A stretch of DNA of 59,420 nt, the filler included, from Sphacelaria rigidula (Eukaryota): the NCBI GenBank assembly GCA_964200075.2. It is 3 parts of 3 records of this genome, joined end to end, with 100 filler letters (N's around TTAATTAATTAA, not from the genome) between each part and the next. Parts side by side here need not be neighbours in the genome. Positions count along the whole stretch, not along the records: positions 1 to 19,744 come from CAXNAA020000619.1; 2 more parts are not named here. One strand, given 5' to 3'. The notes below the pieces were generated by a model. That model searched no databases. It was not told the DNA's origin and was given only the letters and a program-made list of their open reading frames with translations. Shown piece after piece: positions 1-14,483 of this stretch. Numbering within the stretch: position 1 is the stretch's first letter; the number at the start of each line of letters is the position of its first letter. The translations under genes and the position numbers were made by a program.

Positions 1-27
1 GGGAGAAAAGGGGGTGCGGGACCCGCG

Positions 28-60
<33 letters not shown>

Positions 61-3000
61 GGCACGTATACCCAGTGCGGTGTGCCAGGTATGATGTGAC
101 ACTGCTTGCGATTAGAGAAGCAACGCAGGCTCGGCCTGAACGTAACAAGCATCGAAAGTAATCCGAATGGATTATTTTGTTCGGAGAAGAGGTTACCTCG
201 AGCCGATGTATGCCAATGCACTTTTCAGGGTACGGAATATACGAATATACGGAATATTCCGCAGTGAAGCGCCCAAAATAATTGCCGCCGAATGCATTCA
301 GCTATGAAACGAAAAAGACAAACCACAATGAAGACACCTGAAAAAAAGGAGGAGACACGGACGTCACCGTAGTTCAAAGTCAAGGAACGAGAATGAATAG
401 TTACACTGTTTCGAATGTGTTTCGTGTGTGCCATACCATGTTGAGGCGCACGCACGGCCACAGCCCCGGGGGGATGCCGGACGATGAAAGTACTACGATG
501 TCTTGAGCCATTGTACTTTCAGGCTTCGAGGCAGTACAGCTACCCATTGGTCGTAAAACTGGTCGATGTCGATCACTCGCTGCTAGGGTGAAAACATATA
601 TTCGGATTTTCACGGTGGTTGACAGTCCTACGTGCTCCTAGCTCGCCCAGAATGTCTTACTCATCCAAGTCGGCATCGCAGGCGTTGATTTGAAGTGTGC
701 CAACGCGTACTCTGCCTGTAGCAACCTGTAGGCTTTCCTTGCTCTCACATTCTCGTACGCCTTGGTCGAGGTCAAGGTTAGGATTGAGGTTACCGTCAGC
801 ATTAGTTCAAAATAAACATTTCCAAGAATGCTCTGTCAACCATTCTCACGACCACATGGTGAACACTTATTTGTGGGCATGATACAAATATATAGTCAGT
901 TCGCACATACAATACCCAGCAAGTCATTGTGGAATGAACTCGACAACAAAAATACGCTTCTTTCGTTCAACGTGTTTATTCCATATACAGTATAAACAAA
1001 AAGTGTTCGCAAGAGGACCAACACAAGATACCGATTTGCTCTAATCTCGTGTTGCTCCCGAGTCAACATGTCATTTCGATTCTTTGAAGGAGACACGTTC
1101 ACATGTTATGGTACCGTAAACGTTGTAGGCTTCAGCACAAACCGACTCTTTTCTCTCGAGGCAAGCGTCGACCCAGAAAAGCGGGGATAGCGGACGTATT
1201 TGACGTGCTTATTATCTACTGGGAAATTTGAAAATGCACAATTGAGTGTGCACTGTCGTGCGGTTCATGAGGTGTACACAAACAAAAGCACAAGAGCCAA
1301 GAAGTCGCGTCCACTGTCAAAGTTCCTCTGGTACGAATGAATAGGCAGGTAGATATACCGGATTGTTGAAATCAGATGGAAACCACTCCCATACTATGCC
1401 ATCCCATGTTCATCGGGACGCACCAAGTGCCCGGCTCTTGCAGCCCTTCACCATTGCTCATCACAACGGGCGGCTGACCTACTCCTCTTCATACTCCTAG
1501 GACTAGAGTTACGTTGGCGCTTTCACACATAGAGACGCCAAGGAGCGAGTCACGGGTTGGTTGTGCGGTGGCAATTCGGGTGCAAGTTGCGCGTAGAGCG
1601 TCGACTTCCACTGGTGTCTCCACTATAATATTCAGTATTTATCATGGTTTCGTCTTCTCTCCCATAACACAGGAGCTTCAGACTACAGTCCCCATTACTA
1701 TACATGCATGCACACAACAGAACAGAACACATGAATACGACCACACCATTTATGATGTAAATGCAAACCGTTTCTAGTTTGGTTGAGATAGCAAACAGCC
1801 AGAAAAATGACTGTTGTTGCCTGCCCAAGGAAAGCCAGACAAAACAGCCCGTTGCATCAGGCCGTGGATCGTGGAATTGCGTGGGCGTATGAACGCCGAA
1901 AGTATTTAACTCACCCACGCCCCTCCCCCAACCTAACCAGCTCATGACCAGCCAATTTTTTGCTCATGTATATCCTTTTCACTGTTCATCAGAGGGAGCG
2001 AACGAGAAAACACATTCCGACCAAGACATTCCGTCCGGTCTTCAACCACAGGCATCCTTATTTCGTTTTTCTTGGAGATTCATAACACAAGGGGGAAAGT
2101 GAAAAACAGTGAGTGCGCAAGAGACCTCAAGCGGAAAGGAAATACAAGAACAACACGCACGACTGATGGCGTTTCATCTCGTTACACGTACAAGACACCA
2201 CGAGACACCCTCACCTCCATCGAGGAAGCAGCCCTCTTGGACTGTGCAGTGATGCTCCTGCTGCTGCTTCCTTGACGACAGATGTTGTTCATGAAAATCA
2301 CCCCCCCTGGTCAGGTGCTGCCCGAAAAATACCCCGTGTTTTTTCTGTTGGGTAGGCAAAAGTTTCGATTCACTAAAAAAACTCGCGTGTGAAGGGTGGG
2401 GAGAGCTCCGGTGCGTGTCGCCGTTTGTTTGCTGCGAGTGTCCCTACATAACATCGAGCGAACGCGACAGACAATACCACCAAAAGCACAATGAATACCG
2501 CGAGAAGGGGAGTTGGCTTCACGTAACGACCCATCTGCGTCTGCGAACGTATGAGTTACGTACAACAGTAGTAAGACTGCTTATCGGCTGACAATTGTGT
2601 GGGTTGCATGTTCTCGCTATCGTCGTCTCTTCCCCGCAGCGTGTTTACCGAAAATGGTCAACTCCCAGATATTTGCTACTGGAAAGAAGTTAACAACCAA
2701 CCAGCCCTTGCGCATGCAACAGACAGATGACAAGCGTGACGAACCCGCTAGCTCCTCGCTCCCCTGCACCCCATCGCTTCTACCCCCCGGGGGGACATCC
2801 ATGAATGAAATGAAGTACGTTCAAGCCCCGGTGGGTGTGCTTGACGGTAGAGACGCACAGCCAACAACAATCAGACTGGACATGTGAAATAGTTTTTCCG
2901 CAACAACTTTATCTGGCAGAGGGAGTCGCTCGATTTTCTCCATGACAATCTCTCACGCACGAAGGACCAGGGGAACAAACAGAAAACTATCGCAAGGGTT

Positions 3001-3698
3001 CCCTTCAATCAAGCCCGTCTTCGCCGTCTATCTTTCCTCCGTTTGCGGGAACACACCTGGTGAACACAAGACACTTTTGTCGAAGGCAGTGAGCCATATA
3101 ACACGAGTTTGTACACTACATGATTGCTAAGCCGCGCCTGCTGGCTTCGTTGTTTTTTTGCATCATGACAACGAGAACAAAAAAACGGTATGATACATAG
3201 AGGTACGCCGAGCCCGCTCCTGTCGCCTCCCCTGCGCGAATTCAAAAAAACGTACGCGTACCTTGCTTTCAGGTTACTTCTGCAAGGCCCCAGCACTCGC
3301 TTTTGGCATTAGTTGCAAGCCGTTCCTAGCCGCTGCGTGGATTGCTGTGCAGTTCCGGTTTGTGTCTGGCTGGTAAATATGCGCGCATAGCCACGACTTG
3401 GGTCTAAAGAGAGGGTTCTAAATCACTTGATTTCAGAGATCTAGACATGTGCATCTCAATTTTCTAGTTTTTTCATTGGTGTATTAGATTACATCACGGG
3501 GGTAGATCCCGTTGGTCATGAAGGAGGGCCTCCCCTCTTGCTTGACGATGTACTAGTATAGTGTCCTATTATTTTTAGTTGCTCTACAACTATACTGCTT
3601 TCCTGCAGTACTCTGCACAGTTGCCCGCCTCTATAATTATAATATGAATCATACTCACTGCGTGTCCATCAACATCCTTTTCCCGAAGAAATAACCAT

Positions 3699-3850
3699 AG
3701 ATTGATTGATTGATTGATTGATGATCTCACATTAGCTGGCTGCAACAATCCAGCCCGAGGTCAGGAGCAGCAAAAACGAACAGAATAATAGTAAGAAAAA
3801 GAAAAGAAGGAAAGACACAGAAACAGGCGTTCCCAAGATGCTCCGTAACG
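3699..3850 (-). mobile_element. 3' end of a retroposon with a (TCAA)n tail; related copy at 33750-33890
   Basis: (GATT)n followed by atctcacattagctgg(c/t)tgcaacaa...ggtcaggagcagcaaaaa, shared by both copies. Confidence 0.6.
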
Positions 3851-6800
3851 ATAGCCCCCAGAACTTACTCTATACGGATTATCAATTATTCGTATTTTTA
3901 GTACAGCTCGGCATTGGATGATAAAATGTGAAATATCAAAATATCGTAAACCAAATCTCTCCCCCCGTCTCATCCTCTAGTGACTTATGAAATACTTGGC
4001 TACAGGGCAGCAGATACCCCCATCGACTGGTGATGGTTTGCAGCTGATGGCTGTCGATCGTCTCATTTCTTAAGATTGTGCAGAAAACTACTGTATTCAA
4101 AGCGTTCAGTCAAATGATACCAATACATATACAGTATATATCCGGCAACAAAGTACATGCGTGCTGGCGGGTATGTCAACGCATGTATTGTCGAGATGGG
4201 AATGTTATCACCGAGCGTATTATGTGTTATGTGGCACCGACTTCAGCAATACGTTCGTTGTTTCCATGATTTTTTCACGGATTTTCCACGGATTCTGGTG
4301 GATTCACGCGTGCTACTATTGTACTGACTGTACTGATTGTACTCAATCTATCTGCCCCCAAACAGCGAGTCATATGTGTGTACGCCTTACGCTTTGTGTG
4401 CCGCAGAGAACACAGAAAGATTATTGCGCTATTATAGTATTTGTTTTCTTGGCCTGGTCTGGGCTCAATATCCCGTGGTTACCTTGCTTCAGGCCAGAGC
4501 AGTAGCAGCATTGGGGCCAGTATATCCCACAAGCACCGAGCCATGAAATCGAGCCAGCGTACTTCTTTGTGTACAAACCTTCGGAAGGAAGCGGCGCCCT
4601 AATCACATGAGTAGTCGGACAAACAAGAGATATGACTGAATGTCAACGTTTTCTGTCTGCCACCTCGTGTGTAGAGTGTGTGGTTATCTCCGCCGTTATA
4701 CTTGAACAACTTTCCGTCGGGGTACCGACTGTATCTGTACCGCCAGATGCATTAGCCCTGGCCAGCCGATGGGCGCCGCGTTGGTACTGTAGTCTGTACG
4801 GTGCCGATCAGCACGAAGCATCCAACCTAAGACAGCACGGTCGATACGAGGTCGATACCCCGTCGGAGTCATCGTTTTTTTTAATTCCTTGTCATTCTGT
4901 ATCACTCGTACAGACAGCCCTTGCTTGTGTCAGATCCGCTGTCGGTAAAACAAAACGCCTTCAAGATGTGTCGTTTCGTGTAAACCCCGGTGCAATACGG
5001 GACCCCACGAAACCAGTGTGCAACGGATCATAGCACTATCCTGCCCCCATTATAGAGCACTCTTCATTTAGCAAGAGCTCTATCCAGAGTACTGATAGTG
5101 GCCACCCAAATCTCCATCACGTGTTGCCCCTGCTGTTCACTTTTCTTTGGTGAAAAGCTTCACGGCTAGTACTCCGCTACCTCCAAGTCTATATCTTGCT
5201 CTAGGACATACAATCAAAGCGAGAGGAAACTTGCAGGCAGGCAAGCGATCGGACTCGTCGACTTACACGTGCAGCCAGCTACCAGGAGCGACCACGATGG
5301 ACCACTGGAAGCGCAGCAGGTATAGCACTTGATATTCCGAGTGCTGCCGTGAGACGGCACGTGTGTTGCTCGTAATGGTCTAGCGAAGCAGGTGGTTGCA
5401 GTACAGGACCGTGGTGAAATCTCGTGATGTCTGAAGGTGGCCAAACAAAGCACTCGTGCTGCTGGTGTCTGCTGCTGGTGTGAAAAACGACCAGCTTGCA
5501 TCGAGGTGCAGCCGGAGTTTCTTAGCTGTTCGACCCAAATACTTTTACAGTCATGTACAAAACACATCGCCCCATGCACCCCGTGAAGACCCTGAAATCA
5601 CGACAAGTCGCATGTAAAGATGCAGTAGCATTCTTCTCGTGCTGGTCAAGTATTGCTGTGCTCTGGTGGTGCTGTGTAGCTTGTATCCCCTTCCCCCCCC
5701 CGTGTGTGTCAGGGGATGCATTTATGATTGCTATTTTTTGTAGTGTACTCTTCAATCTACATCAGTCCCGACGATGAAGTCGGTCCCATTTCCCAAGTTC
5801 AAAAAGTAATCGAGCCGAAAAGTATCTTTCGACAGTTCCAGGCTGTTTCGGAAGACTCGGTCAGACTTGCTTAGCAAAACTCGAAGTGTACTCCTGTTGT
5901 CGAACCTTTTAATGGATTGATAATGTACGGTGCCGTGTCACATCTTACGGATACCCGTAGAGGTACATGGATCATCGTGTCGTTCCTGGTGACTGCTGAC
6001 AGAGAGAGGACGCTGATAACATTACCCTCCAACGTGTGAAATATGCTCCTGCTCGTGAAATAACTTTTTTTAGTACTCTGGCACGATTTTTGCACAAATG
6101 ATGCACCCACACGATTTCAGTCGGCCCAACCCGCCAGCCCACTCTAGCCTTGAATGAAACTCCAAACTACGCTGTATCTGTCGTGGGGTGTCGTGCACTG
6201 TCTGCAGCCTTTATGCTGCTCTGTGCGTTTACTGCGGTGGATACGATGATCCATTACTCGCCACGACCAAACAAATGGCTGCGGGGCTTCCTCCCAGTGG
6301 AGGGAGAGATGCGTCACAGAAGTATGGAAGAAATTCCCAGGGTTGATTCCTTTGTGACATTTGATCCTTGACATTCTTCGGTATGCTGGATCCAGGTACA
6401 TTAGTGCAGGGTATGCAGTCGAGAAGACTCACCATCAATCGCGTCAGTCGGGTGAGCGTCTGTGTGAAATAGGTTCGCACGACGTTGGAAGGTAGCATCT
6501 CGTCCGGACCAGGATACATCCGAGTACCAATCCTCACACCCCGACAGAGGTGAAGGGCTCCCATACGTGAGGAAGACCACAGACGCGACTTCAGCCTCCA
6601 GTTTTCCGACTTCCGATCACACTCCTCCATGTCTGTACATATGCGGGCGTCCTGAGACAGACAACACAGATGTAATCGCCCGAGTGCTGTTTCCTTGCTT
6701 GTTGAAAAAGTGATTCTTTCCATGCTAGACTGCAACAAGGGAGAGGCTAACTTGGCAAACTATGAAATCATCCCTGCTAGAGGGGCAAAAACCAACCTCC

Positions 6801-9800
6801 ACCATCAGTCACTCGAAGCGTATCCCACCGCCTTCATCCCCACACGTTGCATGCATGATGCAGCCCGCGAGCATCGGCGGATGGACCACAACAGCAGCAG
6901 CAGCACCGGCGGCGCAATGGCCGGTTTATCGGCGCCGCTTCAGTATGCCTTGCTCTTGTTGGCATGGGATCGCTTCCCGACACCTTCGCTTTCTTCACGG
7001 GCGAGCCGATTGAAGTGAGTCCGAGAATAAAATCAACCTACATGTGAAGCGGGCGGTATGTACTAGTTTGTACAGGCCTTTGGCTATTGGGAACAATTGA
7101 CGGGTCTGCCACCTCCCTTGGCAGGAGCGTTTTTCTGGTTTTTACCCAGCAGTCTAGTATGTGTCCTGTGTGTCTTCGCTGGAAGTCAGGCTGGCTAAAA
7201 ATGCGACTGTGCCCATGCATCCCACCCTCAAACACGTCGTCTTTGTAGGGGGTGGAAGATGGGAGGTACGTAGTCTTGGTCATGGGCGATGCATGCAACA
7301 TGCTTCGTCTAACTCGGCATTTTCCCCGGGAGATGCATGCTCCCTGAAAAGGCGCTAATGGAGCGCAACGCGTTTGCAGAGTCTGCGTCGATCCGAGCCC
7401 TGGCGTCGAAGAGAGTGTCTCGAGTTGAACTTTGGAAATTTCTCATGTTGTTTGAGCGATTTACTACAAATGAAGAATCCTCCTCTTGGGTGAGTGCCCC
7501 TTTTACCATTCCGCGACGTTTTCCCCCCTGGAGGAGGGTTGAGCGAATTCTGCCACTTCGGAAAGATTTGGTCGCCCTTCCGAGAGGACGCCGGCACAGT
7601 TTCGTGTTTCCACGAGCACACACGTTGACAGTGATGACCGGAAAACATTAGGTGCACAGAATAAGTACGAACACCAGAGTTTTCCTGAACTTCGACGGCG
7701 CGTCGAAAGTAGTCGCTGGTCTGGGCGGAAATTTTGCTCCGGACATGGGAAAGCGCAAAGGTGCCCTGCAACTGTCTCGGTCATTCCGGGGTGTCAGACA
7801 CCGCCCATCCCTCATCATGAACGCACATAAGAGCCGAAGGGACACTTCTCCGGGAATTTGTTTTCGGATTAGGGGAACCGGCTTCAAGTGTGGTTGCCCT
7901 GGAAAATGCACAGCGGTACTGTAGTGTCGTGGAGTGTCGGGGGAGTCATGCACGAGGAACGGCGATCGGAGGGGCGTTAGTAAAGTGTTGGCTGCGTTCA
8001 TTTCATGCGCCGACTTTGACGTGGTCGTCAGAAGTCTTCCTGGGTGGTTCCGTATGTTCGTCCAGTGTGTGGAATCTACGGACCCTTGTTACAACATTTG
8101 AAAAAATCAAGGCTAGGCTCTCTAACGCACATGTGCTCTGTGAAATCATCCCCGGCCTTGTGCGCGCGGTGCGGGCGGGCGGTGAGGAAAGGGTTCGGTT
8201 GTGCCATCCGCTGTGCCTTGCGCTTCATCCTAAGCCGTCTCGGAACCCCTTTTTTTATGAAAGTTGGTGTGCTCGCGGGCCAGCGGTGCTTGAATCGAGT
8301 TGCTCCTGTAAATGCCTCGGGTACGGAGCATGGCGCAGAGTTTTCGGTACGGTGGACGTTCATGCAAGTACGTACCGAAGGCGTGAATTATCTCGGTTGA
8401 ATTATTCGTCAATATTTCGATAAACCAAAGTTTCTCGGGCTATCGCAGACTTGGTAAGGTGAGCCTCGAACAGGGAGGCTTGAGGAGGCTTCTTCACTCT
8501 CTGTGCGCGCTTCGCTTGGGACGTTGAACAACGACCACGAGCGTGCTCTATCCATCGCTGTGGTGCAGGACGGGGTGCTGGGCGTGTTCGTTGCTGAACT
8601 CCCTTGCGTTGATAAATTCGATATATTGAAGCCTGTCGCTATCGAAGACATCAGGTAATGGAACAGACACATTGCGGACATGTGACGTTGAATGTAATCT
8701 TCTCCAAAATTGCTTGGATACGAAACACGGCTCCTCGCAGGGACACGGGGGCAAGTGAAAAAAAATTTGGGAGGAAGTTCACGAGAAACCTGTTGCGGAT
8801 AGCAGTCACGCTGTCGAGCAAGAACATATTTTTGCCATGTGATACCATGTTCATGCACTCCAAGTCGTGAGCGCCAGGCTATCCTCACCTTGAGACCCTG
8901 CAATGCATGTCAAGTATTCTCTTCTGCCTTTGCTGTGTCGAAGAAAAATTGCTACTTCCTGCGGTTGTTTTTGGTACACCTTGGCGTTGTGTTTCGTGGC
9001 GTACTGCACACGGCACATGTCTCTTTTTTCCAGCCAAGACTGTCCCGTACGAAGATGATTTCACGACTCGGTAAAATTTATCGGAAATCTGTCATCTCGA
9101 ACTAACCCCTACCCTAACCCCACCCCAACCGGAGGCATACCAAAAATCCTTGGGCGAGGAGGGTGCAAAGTGTTTGCTAGACGAAATGTGGCGTTGGTAG
9201 ACTCCATATCGGCGCCGCGGGCGCCGAATCATTCAAGAACGCGTTCTGCTCACGCCAGGAGCATTTCGGACTGTCGGCTTTACTAAACATACGAAAATCG
9301 GTGTCCACACTGACCTCATGTGACTTACATCCGACCAAGTGAAGTCTACCGCCCGTACAGCAGACACTGCACTGCCCCGTCGCTGATCAACGTCTACATG
9401 AAGCAGTTGCGTAATTCAGCGTGCTATCGGTCTCCAAGTACCGTCTTTCATACTTCGGCACATGCCCACATGCACTGCACTTCGTTGTCTACCCCATGGC
9501 GGGCAGCCCCTCCTTGTGTGGCAGCCTGGCATCTTGTCATCTTGAAGAAAATTGTCCTGGCCCATCAGCCGACCATATGAACACTGTCCTGAATCGCGTG
9601 TAAATATGACGATCGCACTTGGAACCGTCATTTTCCATCGCTAGATAATGTCAAGCCCCATGAGGTAATAAAACGGACGAAAAAAAGTCAAGACGCCTAC
9701 CGGTAGTCATCCTCCACTGCGTACCCATTTTCCGGCAGCAACACCATTCACATGGGTCTTGTCATCTAGTGCGCCCAAAAGTGTTCACATGAAGCTTCTT

Positions 9801-10316
9801 TAGTGTGGTAGAGTCTACTACCGATATATGCGCCGTAGTCATCCTCCACTATGTTCTCCAAGAGTCATGCATCAGAAGGGGGCGTGGGCAGCATCTTTTG
9901 CAGTACTGGTCCGTATCTTCGCCACTCCTCGTGTTACAGTCCACAGTCGGTACTACTACGCTGTGACTAGACTGGAAGTGCGCATCGCCTTCGCCTCACC
10001 CGCCTGTGCGCCGGCCACGAATGCGAGCCCTTGGCGCGCTGTGGACTACCTATGCGCTCGCTGCTCCACTGTAGCCTAGCTCACACAGCAGCTGCGGGTG
10101 CTACTGCTGCTTGCTCAGGCAGCATAGCAGAGAAAAAAGTGCCGGAAAAGCGCTTCTCCTCTCTTTCGACTTCGCCCCCTTCCAAAGAACAACGTGTGTC
10201 AATGGCACCGTGCTTGTTTCCCTGGCTATTTGTACGTGTGCGCACCGAGTACCAACATTCAAATTTGTTACGCTGATTTCCCCCCCCCCCCCCAAGGTAT
10301 ATGCTCCGTCTCGACA

Positions 10317-11470
10317 GAGAGATGTAAAAAAACTGTTCTTGGGATGCACACATGATCAAAGTATTAGAGAAGGGTAAGACCCACTTTTATGGCAACGACT
10401 CCCGATTTTTACATTTATGAGGATTTCAGCCCATCTACAGGCGATATTCTCCCGTGGATTGATTTTTCGGATCCCAGTCCGTTGGACAATGTCTTTCGGC
10501 TAGCTGTGAGCAAACCAGACCATTTCTCCGATTCTATGGACGTTGACTTTTAGTTTCACATTTCTGCCCAAATCGGGACACTCCCGCATCTCCCCCGATT
10601 TTTCAAAAAAATCGGGGGAGATGCGGGAGTGTCCTGATTTCAGCAGAATGATGTACGGAAATTCAACGCCCAGAAAATCGGAGAAATGATCTAGTTTGCT
10701 CACAGCTAGCCGAAAAACATTGCCCAATTGACTGGGGTGCGGTAAATCAATCCATTGGAGAAAATCGCCTGTAGACAGACTGGAATCCTCCTATTTGTAA
10801 AAATCGGGATTCGTTCCCATAAAAGTCGGTCTAAGGCACAGATAGGCAGGTCGGACGTGAATCTCAGAGACCCGCACCTAAAGACTAGGATTAAGAGATG
10901 CATCCGGATGAACGTGGTCGTACCAAAGCTGGAATATGCAGGAGAAGTGTGGGGAGGGAACGTACAGATGGCAGCAGCTAAGAAGATACTTGCATGCTCG
11001 AAAACGATGAGTAGTACAGTTTTGGGAGCAGAGTTAGGGATGTACTCACTTGAAACAAACAGGGACATGAGGAAATTGAGATGGCAATGTAGCGTGAAGA
11101 ACATGCCGAGAAAGAGACTGCCAGCTGTAGTTGATGGGGCTGTATGGAAGAAGAGTACGGAAGGGCGTGCTAAATGTGGGATAAAGGAGTCGAGAAAGTG
11201 TGGAAGGAGATAGGCGGGAATCAACACGAAATGCTGTCCATAGATATGGACGCGGGGTACAAGGCAATAGTAAGAGACATGATGAAAAAAGGGAAAAAAG
11301 AAGCGCTCAGGCGAAAAGTAGACGAGGAAAAATACCTGGAGGTATACGGGTCGTTGAGAGAGGGGATCGGAATAAAAGCGTACTTGCATGACCCAATGGA
11401 CCCTGCGAAAAATATAAAATTGCGATTTCGGGTGGGAGACTCCAACCTGCCAGAGAGAAGAAAGAAATAC
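10317..11470 (+). mobile_element. Decayed LINE (non-LTR retrotransposon) ORF2 C-terminal fragment, interrupted by a MITE
   Basis: CSWDAHMIKVLEKG|KAQIGRSDVNLRDPHLKTRIKRCIRMNVVVPKLEYAGEVW...LGAELGMYSL...RKLRW...RKRLP, then after a frameshift WDKGVEKVWKEIG...KYLEVYGSLREGIGIKAYLHDP...KLRFRVGD. This resembles the post-RT region of LINE ORF2. Confidence 0.8.
10378..10831. mobile_element. 454-bp foldback MITE with TAA target-site duplication (PIF/Harbinger, Tourist-like)
   Basis: The two halves are reverse complements around 10604/10605. TAA occurs at 10375-10377 and 10832-10834. Removing the element restores the LINE reading frame. Confidence 0.9.
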
Positions 11471-13984
11471 TTCCTCTGCCCCATAGGTAAAGGTACCTAA
11501 CGGCGATACATTGTCTAGATACGCCAGTGGTGGCGACAATGTTGTGGTTGGGTTTGTTAGAGAGGCAAAGCGCAGACGAAGCTAGTCGAGAAAATAAAAC
11601 CGAAGCTATATTTTTATACAATGGTGGGAGGAAAATGGATCAAAAAGGGCCAAAATCGGGTCACTGGTCGAACGACCAAGGCAAGCAACAATGGACTACG
11701 CCCTCCGCCCCCTCCCCCCCAATCTGACGGATGACCTGTACCTGCTCCGAAGTTCGAATTTCGAAAAAATCATCCGCTCGGCGACGGTTATGCTTGAAGC
11801 TTTGGACGCTTTCTCAGCGCGTCCAGCGTGAGCGTTCAACGCTTGCTCCATGTATCCAAGTTATATTATAGTGTGCTGTCGATGGAACTGACAGTTGGGG
11901 TGTACCTCACTGCTACGGCTATGACGTAGTCACACCGTCTTGTACCCGTTCGTCACTGTTACCTAAGCGCACAGGCGGAGACGCCAAGGGATGGTGATTT
12001 GATTTAGACCAGGATGAGGGGTAGGTAGGTGGGTAGGCAGGTGGTGGTGGTGAATATGAGTGAAGCAACGTACATCTGACGATTGGTTTCAGAGGGCGTA
12101 TGTCGCTTTTCGACACCAATATCTAGGCTGCGGTATGAGCATGTTGTTGGTTATCGTGGTTGTGTTCGTCGTGACCGAGGAGGAGTGGATGCCGACAACG
12201 TGTTCTCCCTTCCGTTATTGCCTAAATGCAATTCAGGTCGTCGGTATTTACCAGAGTGGTACACGTCTGCAGCCAGAGAAATCCTGGAGTCAGCCTCAGC
12301 TGTAACACCCTCTGCCGTGAAGGAACGTACACACGACTCTAGTTGCGAGACAGCACGGGATGGGATACCTCAATGGTACAGACCCGGCTACGTTTACTGA
12401 CACACCCTGCGTGACTATGAAGCAACTCCGTGTCAGGATAGGTCAGGGGTTCTTTGAATAAAACCTAACCACCTTCGCGTAACTCACTGTGCGTGTCATA
12501 TCCGGTTGCGTAGCCTCCAAACGAACATGGTCAAGGGTTGGTCGACCGCAGGATTTCAACGAGAGCGGCGACCGTTTCGTGTACATGCACGATTGCAACC
12601 AAGTGGTTCAACCCTGCCTCGGTAGCATATTGACGCTGCCGAAAGGACAGATATGACGTTTCGACTGACGTCACGATCGTGATGCCGAAACGCCTCCCCT
12701 ATTATAGCATTGTTGTTCTCGGAAGGGTACCCGCTTGACTGGACGCTATACATTTGACGATTTGAAACCAAGACGATATTCATGTGGGGGGACACCATAC
12801 GCATGCATGAGCTGACTGACGGATGGCTGCGGAGTGAAGTGTTTCAAGGGCAGGTCGAGTAGAGTATACCCAATACACGGTATTTTGAAAAATCATACTC
12901 TTGGTACCCGGACATTATCGTAGAGTATTTAAGTCGAGCCCGGTCTACTCAAAAATTGAGTAGATTATTTTAGGCGGAACTTTTATGGGAACAAATTTCG
13001 ATTCTGTGGGGACCCCAATCTGTACAACACCGGGGGGACTCATACTTGCGAAAGCCAGATCGACGGGGATGGTTTTATAGTCTAACAGATTTGTGAAGAT
13101 TTGTACACGGACGGTCATTTTCTGCATGAGAGTGTTATCGCGTACTAATGAAGGTGAAGGGCAGGCAGGTTGTGAATAATCCTTCTAGTACAATATCGTA
13201 CCGTGGTACCGTGTGGTGATGCAGTGCAGGACACTCCATCATCACCGTACACGATAATGCTGTGTCGTGATATATGATAGCACAGTCGGTATTTTCGAGA
13301 TCAGTGAACAGTGTACGGTGACGGTTCAGTAGTGCAGTGTCATGCATCACCTTGCAAGCAAAGCGACAACAGAGTACAGGCTAGGCCGGCCAAGACGCGA
13401 ATTTGTGGTTTACAGACTCCGTCTCTCCTCAATTTTACGACTTGGACTTGGAAATTTGGTGCGGAGGGAGAAGGGGGTATGCTAAAATGAAACGCTGCCG
13501 CTCGGGACGAGCAGATATTTTTTTTCGTGAGTTAATGGCAACAATCAGTACATCATCTAGATATCAGGAGAAAACGGTTTACTCACGAGAAGGAGAAAAA
13601 ATTGCTTGTGGATCGTTTTCCGTGAAATTTTGCACACTCTAGACAATGGACACAACAGTAGTTCATTGCTTCAGCAAAAGACACGGGGGAAAATCCATCG
13701 ATATATATGATCGAACACGATGGATGGTGAAGAACATCTATTGGTATGTATTGCAAGGGACAACAGATGTTGCAGTAGTCGATCGATAACCTTTGGCAAT
13801 TACAATAGATAAAGATCACTAGCCACCGATGGACATCGTGTACCACAAGAGATTCTGGGTTGTATACATCGATAGCCATTGTCGTAATCACTAGGTTTGG
13901 TGAGCCATCCATCGATAGTCATTGCCGTTATCAGTAGATTAAGTGAGTTGTCCATCTATGCCTATTACCGCAATCAATAGATAA

Positions 13985-14439
13985 CACTATATTCGTGAGA
14001 TTCAGAGTGTAACATCGAATTCAGAGTGAGACCCGAAACAATCGACTTTGCCGTCGATTTTGACATCGCCACAGTTCGAGGAGGAATGCGTCCAGCTGGT
14101 GAAGCGGTGGCTTAATGGAAGCTGTCACCTACACGATCAATTTGACACATCACTTAGTCGCAACGACGTAGTCCATTGCAACAAAAGATGCCCTCTTTCA
14201 GGAAAAATCCATTAGTGCCTGAAACAGTTTCAGTTCCGAAATGCCCCCCCCAGGCGTCAAAATGCTTTGTGCGGTGTCTCACCAACCAGACCGTCGAATT
14301 CCTCGAATGGGGTAGTGTACGGTAGCTGCATGCACAGGACGTGTGCTCAAGCAAAAAAAAAGAAGTTGCCTATTAGGAACGCTAGAGCATCCACTCTGAA
14401 TCTGAAACTACCGACGTTCTGAATTTCACGAATATAGTG
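13985..14439 (+). mobile_element. MITE copy 1 (~450 bp), TIR ctatattcgtgagattcagag
   Basis: Terminal inverted repeats at both ends; near-identical inverted copy at 16504-16930. Confidence 0.85.
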
Positions 14440-14483
14440 CCGGATCTGGTGAGCCGTGTCTGGGTAGTCTCTGCCGCCAACAG

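Noticed and set aside
6200-9100. Cluster of 100-177-aa overlapping ORFs
   Set aside because: No consistent strand, motif or splice structure could be established by eye.
9103-9130. Telomeric repeat (taaccctaccctaacccc)
   Set aside because: Only about two degenerate units at an internal position.
10706-11539. 277-aa minus-strand ORF
   Set aside because: Antisense shadow of the plus-strand LINE fragment.
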